In this document: positions 1 through 10,400 of the stretch, piece after piece | Layout of the letters: every line of letters starts with the position of its first letter | How positions within the stretch are numbered: the first letter of the stretch is position 1 | Assembly (NCBI GenBank): GCA_045133615.1 | Contig: JBGUUQ010000051.1 | Location: 22,197-86,196, forward strand | Source of the DNA: Muribaculaceae bacterium | GTDB taxonomy: Bacteria; Bacteroidota; Bacteroidia; Bacteroidales; Muribaculaceae | Direction of reading: 5' to 3' | Length of the DNA: 64,000 nucleotides | The notes under the pieces: generated by a model | What the model was told of the DNA's origin: nothing | Databases searched by the model: none | The model's input: the letters and a program-made list of their open reading frames with translations, nothing else | Made by a program: the position numbers and the translations under genes

Positions 1-199
1 GGTTCATATACGTCGAAGGCTTCAACAGCACCAACTGCTTGTTTTTAAGACGCATACGCCCCACGTCGCCATAACGTTCCGTCGTAAAAGAAATATTGGA
101 CGCCTCAGCTAAGGCATCCAATATTCTAAATCCTATGTTGTGGCGGGTTCCTTGATACTCGGCACCAATGTTACCCAACCCGACAATCAGATATTTCAT
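1..199 (-). CDS. pth: peptidyl-tRNA hydrolase, N-terminal 66 codons (gene runs off the left edge)
   Basis: My own reverse-strand translation from the ATG at 199-197 gives [38 protein letters not shown]... The GLGNxGxxYxxTRHNxGF N-terminus is the Pth signature. The gene lies immediately downstream of rplY. It is not in the ORF track because it is truncated. Confidence 0.85.
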   Translation of the reverse strand, partial: MKYLIVGLGNIGAEYQGTRHNIGFRILDALAEASNISFTTERYGDVGRMRLKNKQLVLLKPSTYMN

Positions 200-219
200 T
201 TTAAGCTGTCAAAGAGTGA

Positions 220-873
220 TTAACCCTTAGCTTGAGCTGCTTGAGCACCGCGAGCTGCGCGAGTGAGCTGAACAGCACATACAACTGCGTTCTTGGCATT
301 CATCAATTCAAGACCTTCGAAGTGAAGCTCACCGATTTGGAGAGTCTTACCAAGACCAAGGTTGTCTACATTGATTACCAAACGTTCGGGAATATCGGTA
401 TAGATAGCTTTAACCTTAAGCTTCTTCATAGAGAGAGTAAGCTTACCACCGGCCTTAACACCTTCTGCGTGACCTTCGAGTTGAACAGGAACTTCGATAG
501 TAACAGGCTTTTTGTCATTTACTTCAAGAAGGTCGATGTGGAGAATGGTATCTTTTACAGGGTCAAATTGAAGATCCTTCAATACTGCCATCTTCTTAAC
601 GCCATTTACATCAAGTTCGATAGCATAGATATTGGGAGTATAGATAAGCTTACGAACTGCTTCGTTAGTTACAACGAGGTCAGTTGTGATAAGACCTTTT
701 CCATTACCGATTTCCACCAACTTTTCACCGGCTGCGAGAGTGCCTGAATAGGGGAGGGTTACTACTTCACCACCGTTAAGTACTACGGGGATTTTGTTCT
801 CTTCACGGAGAGCTTGAGCTGCTTTCTTACCAAGGTTGGTACGAGGCTCTGCTGACAATTTGTAAACTTGCAT
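220..873 (-). CDS. rplY: 50S ribosomal protein L25 / general stress protein Ctc
   Basis: 217-aa ORF. The N-terminus (LSAEPRTNLGKKAAQALREENKIPVVLNGGE) and two-domain length are typical of long-form L25/Ctc, and pth is adjacent. Confidence 0.9.
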   Translation of the reverse strand: MQVYKLSAEPRTNLGKKAAQALREENKIPVVLNGGEVVTLPYSGTLAAGEKLVEIGNGKGLITTDLVVTNEAVRKLIYTPNIYAIELDVNGVKKMAVLKDLQFDPVKDTILHIDLLEVNDKKPVTIEVPVQLEGHAEGVKAGGKLTLSMKKLKVKAIYTDIPERLVINVDNLGLGKTLQIGELHFEGLELMNAKNAVVCAVQLTRAARGAQAAQAKG

Positions 874-953
874 TGTTTTTAAATTTTTTTGTGTTACTCA
901 AAATTAAGTTATGCTCCTTAATTTCCCATCACACGGGATGCTAAAAAGCGGTG

Positions 954-961
954 CAAAGTTA
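954..961 (-). promoter_or_regulatory. candidate -7 box TAACTTTG for rplY-pth
   Basis: The reverse complement of caaagtta matches the Bacteroidetes TAnnTTTG -7 consensus, about 80 nt upstream of the rplY ATG. Confidence 0.4.
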
Positions 962-1063
962 CGATTTTTTATTTAATCAAGCAACACCATCCCGCATTTT
1001 CGCAGCTTTTTACTCCTCTTTTCTTGCAGATAATCCGATTTTTAGCTATGTTTGAATCCGCAA

Positions 1064-2164
1064 ATGAAATTATACGCAATAAATACGGTCGCTCGACGTG
1101 ATAATGCTCCGGGGCGCATTATGCTCGACATCATTGATGCCATGACAAGCATCGGTGGCACTTCTCGTTTCTACACCCGCCATGGACTGCACACATACAT
1201 CCATGGATTTTTAAGCCGTATCACAGATTCCGAAGGGCTACACTCCAAATCAGCGACATATCGTCTCATCGACGATATCACATCATTTGCCCCCGACATA
1301 ATCCACATCCACAACATTCATGGACACTATATCAACTACGAGATTCTCTTCTCCTTTCTCCGTACAGCGGGCATTCCGATAGTATGGACTCTCCACGATT
1401 GTTGGGCATGGACAGGTCACTGCGTACACTACACCTCTGCAAAATGCGACAAATGGCAGTCCGGATGCCATGATTGTCCTATTACCGGCAGCTATCCGAA
1501 ATCGTGGTTTCGCGACAACAGTCTCATCAATTGGCAACTCAAACACAAATCATTTTCCGATATTCCAAATCTCACAATCGTATGTGTTTCTGAGTGGCAG
1601 GCAGCACAAGCACGCCAATCATTTTTGAAAAACTATCCGATAAAAGTAATTCCCAATGGAGTGGACACAACCATCTTCCGCCCGTATTCGATCGCTCCTC
1701 ATCCCGATTTTCGCATAATAGCAGTCGCATCCAATTGGAATCTGAACAAAGGCCGGGAACACCTCTTTCGATTACAATCGCATCTGAACTCCGACGAAAC
1801 CCTAAATCTTATCAGCGGAATACACAATCGCGCGGAATTAGCACAAATCTATTCCGATGCCGACCTTTTTCTCAATCCATCCGAAGAAGAAACCTTTGGC
1901 ATGACTACCATTGAGGCTATGGCATGTGGAACTCCGGCAATTGTCAATTGCCATACGGCACTACCCGAAACCGTTACCTCACCGACGACAGGTCTCGTCG
2001 TAGATTTCTCCGACATTAACGCGACCATCGAAGCCATCCGCCGGATTAAAGCCCTCGGCAAAAACAACTTCATCAACCCATGTCGCAACCTCATCATCAA
2101 CAATTACTCCCTGTCGACAATGACCGACAGCTACCTCCGACTATTCAACGAAATCATCAAATAA
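1064..2164 (+). CDS. glycosyltransferase, GT-B fold, family 4-like
   Basis: The C-terminal motif EETFGMTTIEAMACGTPAIV (E-x7-E) is typical of GT4 enzymes, and the HDCWAWTGHCVHY...C..W..GC..CP Cys cluster is common in this subfamily. I prefer the ATG at 1064 (MKLYAINTV) over the TTG at 1052 used in the track. Confidence 0.8.
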   Translation: MKLYAINTVARRDNAPGRIMLDIIDAMTSIGGTSRFYTRHGLHTYIHGFLSRITDSEGLHSKSATYRLIDDITSFAPDIIHIHNIHGHYINYEILFSFLRTAGIPIVWTLHDCWAWTGHCVHYTSAKCDKWQSGCHDCPITGSYPKSWFRDNSLINWQLKHKSFSDIPNLTIVCVSEWQAAQARQSFLKNYPIKVIPNGVDTTIFRPYSIAPHPDFRIIAVASNWNLNKGREHLFRLQSHLNSDETLNLISGIHNRAELAQIYSDADLFLNPSEEETFGMTTIEAMACGTPAIVNCHTALPETVTSPTTGLVVDFSDINATIEAIRRIKALGKNNFINPCRNLIINNYSLSTMTDSYLRLFNEIIK

Positions 2165-2167
2165 CAA

Positions 2168-2198
2168 AGGAGTCGCAACCATTAAGATTGCGACTCCT
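2168..2198. terminator. hairpin between convergent genes (bidirectional terminator candidate)
   Basis: AGGAGTCGCAA-ccattaaga-TTGCGACTCCT forms a perfect 11-bp stem between the GT stop and the acd stop. Confidence 0.6.
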
Positions 2199-2219
2199 TC
2201 TGTATAGTATCTATATCAA

Positions 2220-3917
2220 TTAATATTGATATTCTGAAACTTGTTCAGGATCAAAGTTATTGATAAATTCAGCATGCTTGGCTACCTCTGCCTGAGCCAT
2301 CTTCACATACACATTTGCAGAACGTGTAAACGCCTCGTTGCGAGTTGCATCGAAGAGCAACAGATAGCTCATCACAATATTTGCTGCCATTTCCACAAGA
2401 CGACGAGCCATAAGGTCATTGTAATTACATTCCTTGACAGCCATTACCTTAGCCACTGCTGCTTCATACTTATCGGTCAAACCAACCAACACATTCTTCA
2501 ATGATTGAAGATTTTCAGCCACAGCTTCCTTCTCATAATCACGAATCAAATTGAGATAAGTTCCGGTTGTCACGTGGCGAATTGCAGCTACGACTTGAAG
2601 TTGAGTAGTACCTTCATAGATAGAAGTGATACGAGCATCACGATAGATGCGTTCGCATGCATAATCCTTCATGAAGCCGGAGCCGCCGTGAATTTGAATA
2701 CAATCGTAAGCATTCTGATTGCAATATTCGCTCGACATACCTTTAACCATCGGAGTGCATGCGTCAGCAAGTTTGCTGTACTTCTTCATCTCAGCACGCT
2801 CTTCAGCGGTAAGCGAACGTTCTTTGGCTATATCTTCATAAATCTTATACATATCCACGAAACGTGAAGTTTCGTAAAGAAGCGAACGAGAAGCATCGAG
2901 TTTAGCCTTAATCACTGAAAGCATTTCTGCTACAGCTGGGAATTCGATGATTGCCTTTCCAAATTGGCGACGATCCTTAGCATATGCAAGAGCTTCACGA
3001 TATGTAGCCTCGCTGATACCCACCGACTGAGCGGCAATACCAAGACGAGCGCCATTCATAAGAGCCATCACATACTTGATAAGACCAAGACGACGAGAGC
3101 CACACAACACCGCTTTTGCATTCTTGTAAACAAGTTCACAAGTCGGAGAGCCCTTAATACCCATCTTGTTTTCAATACGACGAACAGTCACACCGCCATC
3201 GCGCTTGTCATAGATGAACATCGAAAGACCACGACCATCCTTCGTTCCTTCCTCCGAACGAGCCAATACCAAGTGTATATCGCTGTCACCATTTGTGATA
3301 AAGCGCTTCACACCATTAAGCAACCATGTTCCATCCTCTTGCGGAGTAGCCTTGAGCATTACCGACTGAAGGTCAGAACCAGCATCCGGTTCGGTAAGGT
3401 CCATCGACATAGTTTCGCCGTTACATACGCGAGTGATATATTTTTGCTTTTGTTCTTCATCAGCAAATTCATATATCGTCTCAGCGCAATCTTGAAGACC
3501 CCAAAGGTTTTCAAAACCGGCATCTGCACGGCTTACGATATCGGCAGCCATGATATACGGAGTGATAGGGAAGTTCAAACCGCCGTAACGACGAGGCATC
3601 GACATCCCCATAAGACCGGCCTTACGGCAAGCCTCAAGATTAGCCTTCGTTCCGTCCGCATAGATTACACGACCATTTTCTACGCGAGGTCCTTGGTGAT
3701 CCACACCCTCTGCATTTTCAGCGATTGTTCCACCGAGTTCTCCTACGATTTCAAGTACCTTGTCGTAGCTGTCCATGGCATCCTCATAATTGAAAGGAGC
3801 ATAGTCAAACTTCTCGGCATCAGTATAATTGCGTTCTTTAAGTTCAACAATCTTACGCATCAACGGATGAGAAAGGTGATGCTTAAGATCAGCATTGTCA
3901 GTATAAAAGTTTGCCAT
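2220..3917 (-). CDS. acyl-CoA dehydrogenase (long form with C-terminal extension)
   Basis: 565 aa. ACAD motifs are present (LTEPDAGSD, GVKRFITNG, IHGGSGFM..Y..ERIYRDARI..IYEGT), and the gene lies directly downstream of etfBA. Confidence 0.9.
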   Translation of the reverse strand: MANFYTDNADLKHHLSHPLMRKIVELKERNYTDAEKFDYAPFNYEDAMDSYDKVLEIVGELGGTIAENAEGVDHQGPRVENGRVIYADGTKANLEACRKAGLMGMSMPRRYGGLNFPITPYIMAADIVSRADAGFENLWGLQDCAETIYEFADEEQKQKYITRVCNGETMSMDLTEPDAGSDLQSVMLKATPQEDGTWLLNGVKRFITNGDSDIHLVLARSEEGTKDGRGLSMFIYDKRDGGVTVRRIENKMGIKGSPTCELVYKNAKAVLCGSRRLGLIKYVMALMNGARLGIAAQSVGISEATYREALAYAKDRRQFGKAIIEFPAVAEMLSVIKAKLDASRSLLYETSRFVDMYKIYEDIAKERSLTAEERAEMKKYSKLADACTPMVKGMSSEYCNQNAYDCIQIHGGSGFMKDYACERIYRDARITSIYEGTTQLQVVAAIRHVTTGTYLNLIRDYEKEAVAENLQSLKNVLVGLTDKYEAAVAKVMAVKECNYNDLMARRLVEMAANIVMSYLLLFDATRNEAFTRSANVYVKMAQAEVAKHAEFINNFDPEQVSEYQY

Positions 3918-3920
3918 GAT

Positions 3921-4949
3921 TTACTTAGAATTTTTCTTGTAATACTTAATAAGTTTGGGCACTACATCTTCGATGTCGCCATTGATTACATAATCAGCGA
4001 TTGTATTGATCGGAGCATTCGGATCGTTGTTGATTGAAATCACAATCGAGCTTTCCTGCATACCGGCGATGTGCTGAATCTGACCGGAAATACCGCAAGC
4101 GATATACAATTTCGGGCGAACAGTCACACCGGTCTGACCGATTTGACGATCATGTTCGGTAAATCCGGCATCCACTGCTGCACGTGATGCACCAACTTCG
4201 CCACCGAGAGTATCAGCCAATTGGTGAAGCAATTCAAAATTCTCCTTACTTCCCACACCGTAACCACCGGCTACGATGATTGACGAGTTCTTAATATTAA
4301 TCTTCGATTTTTCAATATGACGGTCGATGATTTCTACTACGAAATCTTCATCGCTTACATATTTCGATGCATCGAGATTGATTACCTCTCCCTTATGGTT
4401 TGCATCATATACCTCTTTCTTCATCACACCCTCACGCACGGTTGCCATTTGGGGACGGCATTCGGGGTTAACAATTGTTGCAACAATGTTTCCGCCAAAA
4501 GCCGGACGAATTTGAAGCAACAAGTTTTGATATTCTTTTTTAGTCTTCGGATCAACATGATCACCGATTTCAAGCGAAGTACAATCCGCTGTCAATCCAC
4601 TGTGCAAGCATGATGATACACGAGGACCGAGGTCACGACCGATACAAGTTGCACCCATCAAGCAAATTTGAGGTTTGATTTCTTTAAAAAGATTGATCAA
4701 CACCGCTGCATGAGGATTGGAAGTATAAGGATACAAACGCTTGTCCGACACCTTATATACTACATCCGCTCCATACGGGAACAATTGATTTTCAATACCC
4801 TCAAGATTGTCGCCAATCACAAGAGCTTCAAGCTTAACCCCAAGTTGGGTGGCAAGCTGACGACCTTTAGTCATAAGCTCAAGGCTCACGTCGGCTACTT
4901 TGCCATCGTCAAACTCGCAATATACTATTAAATTGTTGTTATCTGACAT
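3921..4949 (-). CDS. etfA: electron transfer flavoprotein subunit alpha
   Basis: 342 aa. The C-terminal FAD-binding motif is present (VGASRAAVDAG....QIGQTG..V.P.LYIA.GISG.IQH..G). Confidence 0.9.
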   Translation of the reverse strand: MSDNNNLIVYCEFDDGKVADVSLELMTKGRQLATQLGVKLEALVIGDNLEGIENQLFPYGADVVYKVSDKRLYPYTSNPHAAVLINLFKEIKPQICLMGATCIGRDLGPRVSSCLHSGLTADCTSLEIGDHVDPKTKKEYQNLLLQIRPAFGGNIVATIVNPECRPQMATVREGVMKKEVYDANHKGEVINLDASKYVSDEDFVVEIIDRHIEKSKINIKNSSIIVAGGYGVGSKENFELLHQLADTLGGEVGASRAAVDAGFTEHDRQIGQTGVTVRPKLYIACGISGQIQHIAGMQESSIVISINNDPNAPINTIADYVINGDIEDVVPKLIKYYKKNSK

Positions 4950-4972
4950 GATAATTTTAAGATTATTAAACG

Positions 4973-5845
4973 TTAGCCAATAGTGTGATTAGCAATAAGG
5001 TCCTTAACAAGATTTTCAATCTGTTCGTCATTGTTTTCAAGCACAAGGTTTTCCTTTGCCGTAAACACAACATTTTCGATTGCTTTCACCTTTGTAGGAG
5101 AACCCGCCATACCGATTTGTTCGGGATCTGCTTCAACATAAGCGGCGCTCCATTCATTGATATTAAGATACGGACGAGACTCCACGATAGCCTTCAACTC
5201 ATCAGTCAACGCTGCCTTTTCGCTTGTCGAAACTGCATATTTGTAGCGTTGGATGCGTTGTGCATTACGCGGACGGCAATCTGCTGCCGAACCGTTTACA
5301 GTCACCACCAAGGGGAGGGGAGCCTTCACTGTCTCTACACCGTTTTCAAGACGACGCTTAACGATAGCATAGCCATCTTTCACTTCAATAATCTCTTCTG
5401 CATAGGTCACCTGAGGAAGACCGAGTTTTTCTGCAACTTGAGGTCCTACCTGAGCGGTATCGCCGTCGATTGCCTGACGTCCGCACACAATCAAGTCATA
5501 ATTTCCAAACTTACGGATTGCTGCCGACAACGAATACGATGTTGCCAATGTATCGGCACCACCGAGAGCACGGTCAGTCAACACAATTCCGCCGTCTGCT
5601 CCGCGATACATTCCTTCACGAACGACTTCTGCCGAGCGGGGGAGACCCATTGTTAATAACGTTACAGTCGACCCCGGATTCGCATCCTTGATTCTAAGGG
5701 CTTGTTCAAGCGCATTGAGGTCTTCAGGATTGAAGATGGCAGGCAATGCCGCACGATTAATCGTTCCATCTTCCTTCATTGCATCTTTGCCTACATTACG
5801 AGTGTCGGGCACTTGTTTTGCGAGCACGATGATGTTCAAACTCAT
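4973..5845 (-). CDS. etfB: electron transfer flavoprotein subunit beta
   Basis: 290 aa. The N-terminus IVLAKQVPD... is typical of EtfB/FixA, and the gene is adjacent to etfA. Confidence 0.9.
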   Translation of the reverse strand: MSLNIIVLAKQVPDTRNVGKDAMKEDGTINRAALPAIFNPEDLNALEQALRIKDANPGSTVTLLTMGLPRSAEVVREGMYRGADGGIVLTDRALGGADTLATSYSLSAAIRKFGNYDLIVCGRQAIDGDTAQVGPQVAEKLGLPQVTYAEEIIEVKDGYAIVKRRLENGVETVKAPLPLVVTVNGSAADCRPRNAQRIQRYKYAVSTSEKAALTDELKAIVESRPYLNINEWSAAYVEADPEQIGMAGSPTKVKAIENVVFTAKENLVLENNDEQIENLVKDLIANHTIG

Positions 5846-5898
5846 AATTAATAAGGATATTAGATAGTTATATTTATTCTTACTGATAAATTATCTCA

Positions 5899-5906
5899 CA
5901 AAGATA
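5899..5906 (-). promoter_or_regulatory. candidate -7 box TATCTTTG for etfB-etfA-acd
   Basis: The reverse complement of caaagata matches TAnnTTTG, 53 nt upstream of the etfB ATG. Confidence 0.4.
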
Positions 5907-5952
5907 ACGCAAATCGTCTATTTACACAACTAAAAAATTGTGAAACAAGCTA

Positions 5953-7362
5953 CTACTCATAGCTCGACCCATCAAAACAATGGGTACACAACTTGCATTT
6001 TGGCAATCCGATTGCCTCTACCACATTTTCTATCGAACTAAACTTCAACGACGTGATATTCAACTGTTCACGTATCCGCTCAACCATTGTTTCATACTCC
6101 GGTGAACCGGTTGTTGCATACGCCTCTAAGTTTTTATTCATATCACCCTCCAATTCCTGTATCACACGTCGCGTGATAAGGTCAAGATCACTTTTCGACG
6201 ACGTGAAATTCAAAAACTTACACGGATATATCAATGGAGGACAACTGATTCTCATATGCACCTCTTCAACTCCGGCATCATACATATCCTTCACATTATC
6301 GCGAAGCTGAGTACCGCGAACAATCGAATCGTCGCAAAAAGCCACCTTTTTGTTCTTCAAAACCGAGTTATTTGAAATCAACTTCATTTTAGCCACAAGT
6401 TCGCGACGCTCTTGTGTACTCGGAGTAAAACTGCGAGGCCATGTCGGAGTATATTTTACAATACCACGTTGATAGGGCACTTTCTTTCCTTGAGCATATC
6501 CCAAAGCCATTCCGATACCCGAATCAGGTATAGCACTTACTATATCTATATTGGTATCATCCTCCTTGCCCATCGCCAATCCGGAATCATAACGCATGCA
6601 TTCCACATTGCGACCTTCATATTCACAAGCCGGATAGCCATAATATGTCCACAAGAAAGCACATATCTGCATTTTTTCTCCCGGTTCCTTCAATTGCTTG
6701 ATTCCGTCAGCCGTAATTTCCACAATCTCGCCGGGACCCATGGTATATTCTATTGAATAGCCTAAATTAGGAAACGCACAAGATTCCGATGTAACAGCAT
6801 GTGCACCCTCTTTTTGCCCGATGATAATCGGAGTTCTGCCATACTTGTCGCGTGCTGCTATAATTCCGTTTTCGGTCAATAACAACATTGAGCAAGAGCC
6901 CTTAATCCGATTATACACATTTTCAATACCGGAAACATAGTCTGAGCCTTCACTGATCAACGCAGCAATCATTTCCGTCGGGTTAATGATGTCATAGCTG
7001 TGTTCGCAGAAATGATGACCTTTAGCGAGCAACTCTTTTTCCAGTTCTACAATATTATTTATTCGAGCTACCGTTACTATCGCAAACTTCCCCAAATGGC
7101 AATTTACGATAATAGGTTGAGCGTCCGTATCACTGATTACACCAATGCCGACACTTCCATGGAAATCCGCCAAGTCACGTTCAAATTTAGAACGGAAATA
7201 CGAATTTTCTATATTATGAATCGAGCGGGTAAATATACCCTCATAGCAAGTAGCAATACCGGCTCTCTTCGTTCCCATGTGAGAATTGTAGTCTGTGCCG
7301 TAAAACAGCTCATTGATACACTCCTCATGTTTTTGTTTGGCTACGCCAAAAAAACCACCCAT
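5953..7362 (-). CDS. purF: amidophosphoribosyltransferase homologue (atypical: Gly replaces the N-terminal catalytic Cys)
   Basis: The PRPP-binding motif VAFCDDSIVRGTQL and an Ntn-amidotransferase-like N-domain are present. The start is moved to MGGFFGV (ATG at 7362-7360). The gene lies next to purL. Confidence 0.8.
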   Translation of the reverse strand: MGGFFGVAKQKHEECINELFYGTDYNSHMGTKRAGIATCYEGIFTRSIHNIENSYFRSKFERDLADFHGSVGIGVISDTDAQPIIVNCHLGKFAIVTVARINNIVELEKELLAKGHHFCEHSYDIINPTEMIAALISEGSDYVSGIENVYNRIKGSCSMLLLTENGIIAARDKYGRTPIIIGQKEGAHAVTSESCAFPNLGYSIEYTMGPGEIVEITADGIKQLKEPGEKMQICAFLWTYYGYPACEYEGRNVECMRYDSGLAMGKEDDTNIDIVSAIPDSGIGMALGYAQGKKVPYQRGIVKYTPTWPRSFTPSTQERRELVAKMKLISNNSVLKNKKVAFCDDSIVRGTQLRDNVKDMYDAGVEEVHMRISCPPLIYPCKFLNFTSSKSDLDLITRRVIQELEGDMNKNLEAYATTGSPEYETMVERIREQLNITSLKFSSIENVVEAIGLPKCKLCTHCFDGSSYE

Positions 7363-7446
7363 AACAAATCTTTTTATTTTGTACGTATATCTTAACGACA
7401 AAGTGGGAACCAAGCATCATGCCTGATCTCCACTTCGTTACTATTT

Positions 7447-10400
7447 TTATGCTTTAGTTTTTTCTTCTATCCAACGGCGTGCATTGATAAACGCATCAAT
7501 CCACGGCGTCACCTCATCGGCTCTATGCGAATCAGGATAGAATCCGCATTGCCACGGGAATATCGCACGTTCGGGGTGGGGCATCATTGCAAGATGACGA
7601 CCGTCTGCCGATGCAATACCTGCCACCGAAGCCTTCGACCCGTTGGGGTTGCCGGGATAAGACGAATAATTGTACTTAGCCACTACATTATATTTGTCGA
7701 GCGACTCCGGCAACATGAATCGACCCTCTCCGTGAGCGACCCATACACCCGTCTTCATTCCGGCCATTGAGCCGAGCATGACTGAATTATTTTGAGGAAT
7801 AGTCACTCCGAGGAATTGAGATTCAAACTTATGAGAGATATTATGCTCCATTACAGTTTTCTTCTCGTGTTCCGGATTGATTAATCCCAATTCAATCATC
7901 AACTGGCAACCGTTACATATACCGAGACTCAACGTATCTTCGCGTTTATAGAAGTTTTCAAGAGCACGCTTGGCATTCTCATTCCACAAGAAACCTCCGG
8001 CCCAACCTTTGGCAGAGCCAAGCACATCCGAATTTGAGAAGCCGCCGCAGAACACAATCATATTTACATCCTCAAGTGTTTCTCGTCCCGACATCAAGTC
8101 TGTCATATGCACATCCTTCACATCGAATCCGGCAAGATAAAGAGTATAAGCCATTTCGCGGTCTCCGTTTACGCCCTTTTCACGGATAATTGCAGCTCTG
8201 ACACCGCTTTTTCCATCACGACGCAATGAAATACCCCTTGAAGCCAACTTGCCTTTGAATCCTGTCGGGAATTTATATCGGATAGGTTGTTTCTTATAGT
8301 TTTCAAAACGAGCCTTTGCACATTTTTCACCACTCTGTACCGAATCCAAGAGATACGATGATTCAAACCACACATCTCGAAGATAATCGATAAACAGCAT
8401 ATGCTCCGTGCCATTGTGAGCCACCATTATCGTACGTTCGTCCGACGGGCTACCGATTTCGCAGAACTTAACACCGGCATCATTCAATGCAGCCTCCACC
8501 TTTTCTGTTTTAGCATCAGCAACTTGAATTACCAAAGCCGGATTCTCTGCAAATAGTATCTTGATTAAATCCGTTTCATTCCATGCAGCAAAACCTTCAG
8601 TTGAAAGATTTATACCTCCGTTCACATTTCCGAACGTCATTTCCAACAACGTTGTGATAAGTCCGCCGGCAGAAACATCGTGAGCGGCAAGAATTGCTTT
8701 ATTTGCTACAAGTTTCTGGATTGCATTAAACGTTTTCACAAACTGCTCCGGATTATTTACGGTAGGAGCATCGGCGCCGAGACGATTCAATGTCTGTGCA
8801 AAAGCCGAACCTCCGAGTTTCATTGCATCCGAAGAGAAATCTATATAATATAATGTTGATTTCTTAGCCTTAAGTACAGGCGACACCGTTTTACGAACAT
8901 CCGTAACCGGACCGGCTGCCGAAATAATCACAGTACCGGGAGCAAACACTTTGTCCTCTCCATATTTCTGAGTCATCGACAAGCTATCCTTACCGGTAGG
9001 AATATTAACACCGAGTGCACAAGCAAAGTCACTGCAAGCCTCTACAGCTTTATACAATGCTGCATCCTCGCCCGGATTCTTACACGGCCACATCCAGTTT
9101 GCACTAAGCGAGATACCCTTAATGCCATCGGCAATCGGAGTCATTGATATATTTGTCAACGCCTCTGCAATAGCCATCACAGAACCTTTTGCTGAATCTA
9201 CAAGCGCAACTTGAGGAGCATGACCGATTGAAGTGGCGATACCGGCTTTTCCCTTATAGTCCAAAGCCACTACACCACAGTCGCTCAACGGCAATTGGAT
9301 TTCTCCCTGACATTGTTGACGGGCAATTTTTCCTGTCACCGAACGGTCAACCTTATTAGTCAACCAATCTTTACATGCTACAGCCTCAATGCTGAGCACA
9401 TCGCGAAGATATTGGTCAAGGTTTGCTTCGTCATATTCTACATCCGAATACGATACCTTTATGGTATTGTCAGTCATCACCGTCTTCGGTGAATTTCCGA
9501 ACATATCAGCCATAGCAAGGTCGATAGGTTTGACACCATCTTTTTGCTCAAAGACAAATCGATCATCACCGGTCGTTTCTCCAACCACATATAGCGGAGC
9601 GCGTTCACGTTCGGCAATACGCGACACATATTCTATATCATCGGATTTAAGAATCATACCCATACGTTCCTGACTCTCGTTTCCTACGATTTCTTTCGAT
9701 GAAAGAGTCTTATCTCCGATAGGGAGTGAATCGATATCGATATGACCACCGGTTGCTTCCACCAATTCCGACAACGCATTCAAGTGTCCGCCTGCGCCAT
9801 GGTCATGAATAGACACAATAGGATTATTGTCGCTTTCAGCCAATGCACGAATCACATTCGACACACGTTTCTGCATTTCGGGATTTGCACGCTGAACTGC
9901 ATTCAACTCGATGGAATTGTCATACTGTCCGGTTTCTACCGACGAGACCGCTCCACCGCCCATTCCGATACGGTAGTTGTCGCCACCCATTACCACTACT
10001 TTTTCTCCGGCAATAGGTTCTCCCTTTATCGCATCTTTCTTTCCGGCAAAACCTACACCTCCGGCAAGCATTATCACCTTATCATAGGCATACTTCTTGT
10101 CGTTCTCCTCATGTTCAAACGTCAACAGCGAACCACAGATAAGCGGTTGTCCGAACTTGTTACCGAAGTCCGATGCTCCATTGGATGCCTTAATAAGAAT
10201 ATCGCACGGAGTCTGATAAAGCCATGCACGAGGATTCATCATCTGCTCCCATTTATGCTCTGCCGACATTCGAGGATACGAAGTCATATACACAGCCGTT
10301 CCTGCAATAGGCAAGCTGGCTTTTCCGCCACCCAAACGGTCACGGATTTCTCCGCCCGTACCGGTTGCAGCACCGTTAAACGGCTCAACCGTTGTCGGGA

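Noticed and set aside
2964-4037. Long antisense ORFs lie opposite acd, purL, clpX, ftsE, the RND pump and other genes (for example 2964-4037, 9742-10671, 13778-14497 and 20559-21299).
   Set aside because: Each is the reverse frame of a gene with strong family motifs. Their translations are low-complexity, and the same compositional effect explains them.
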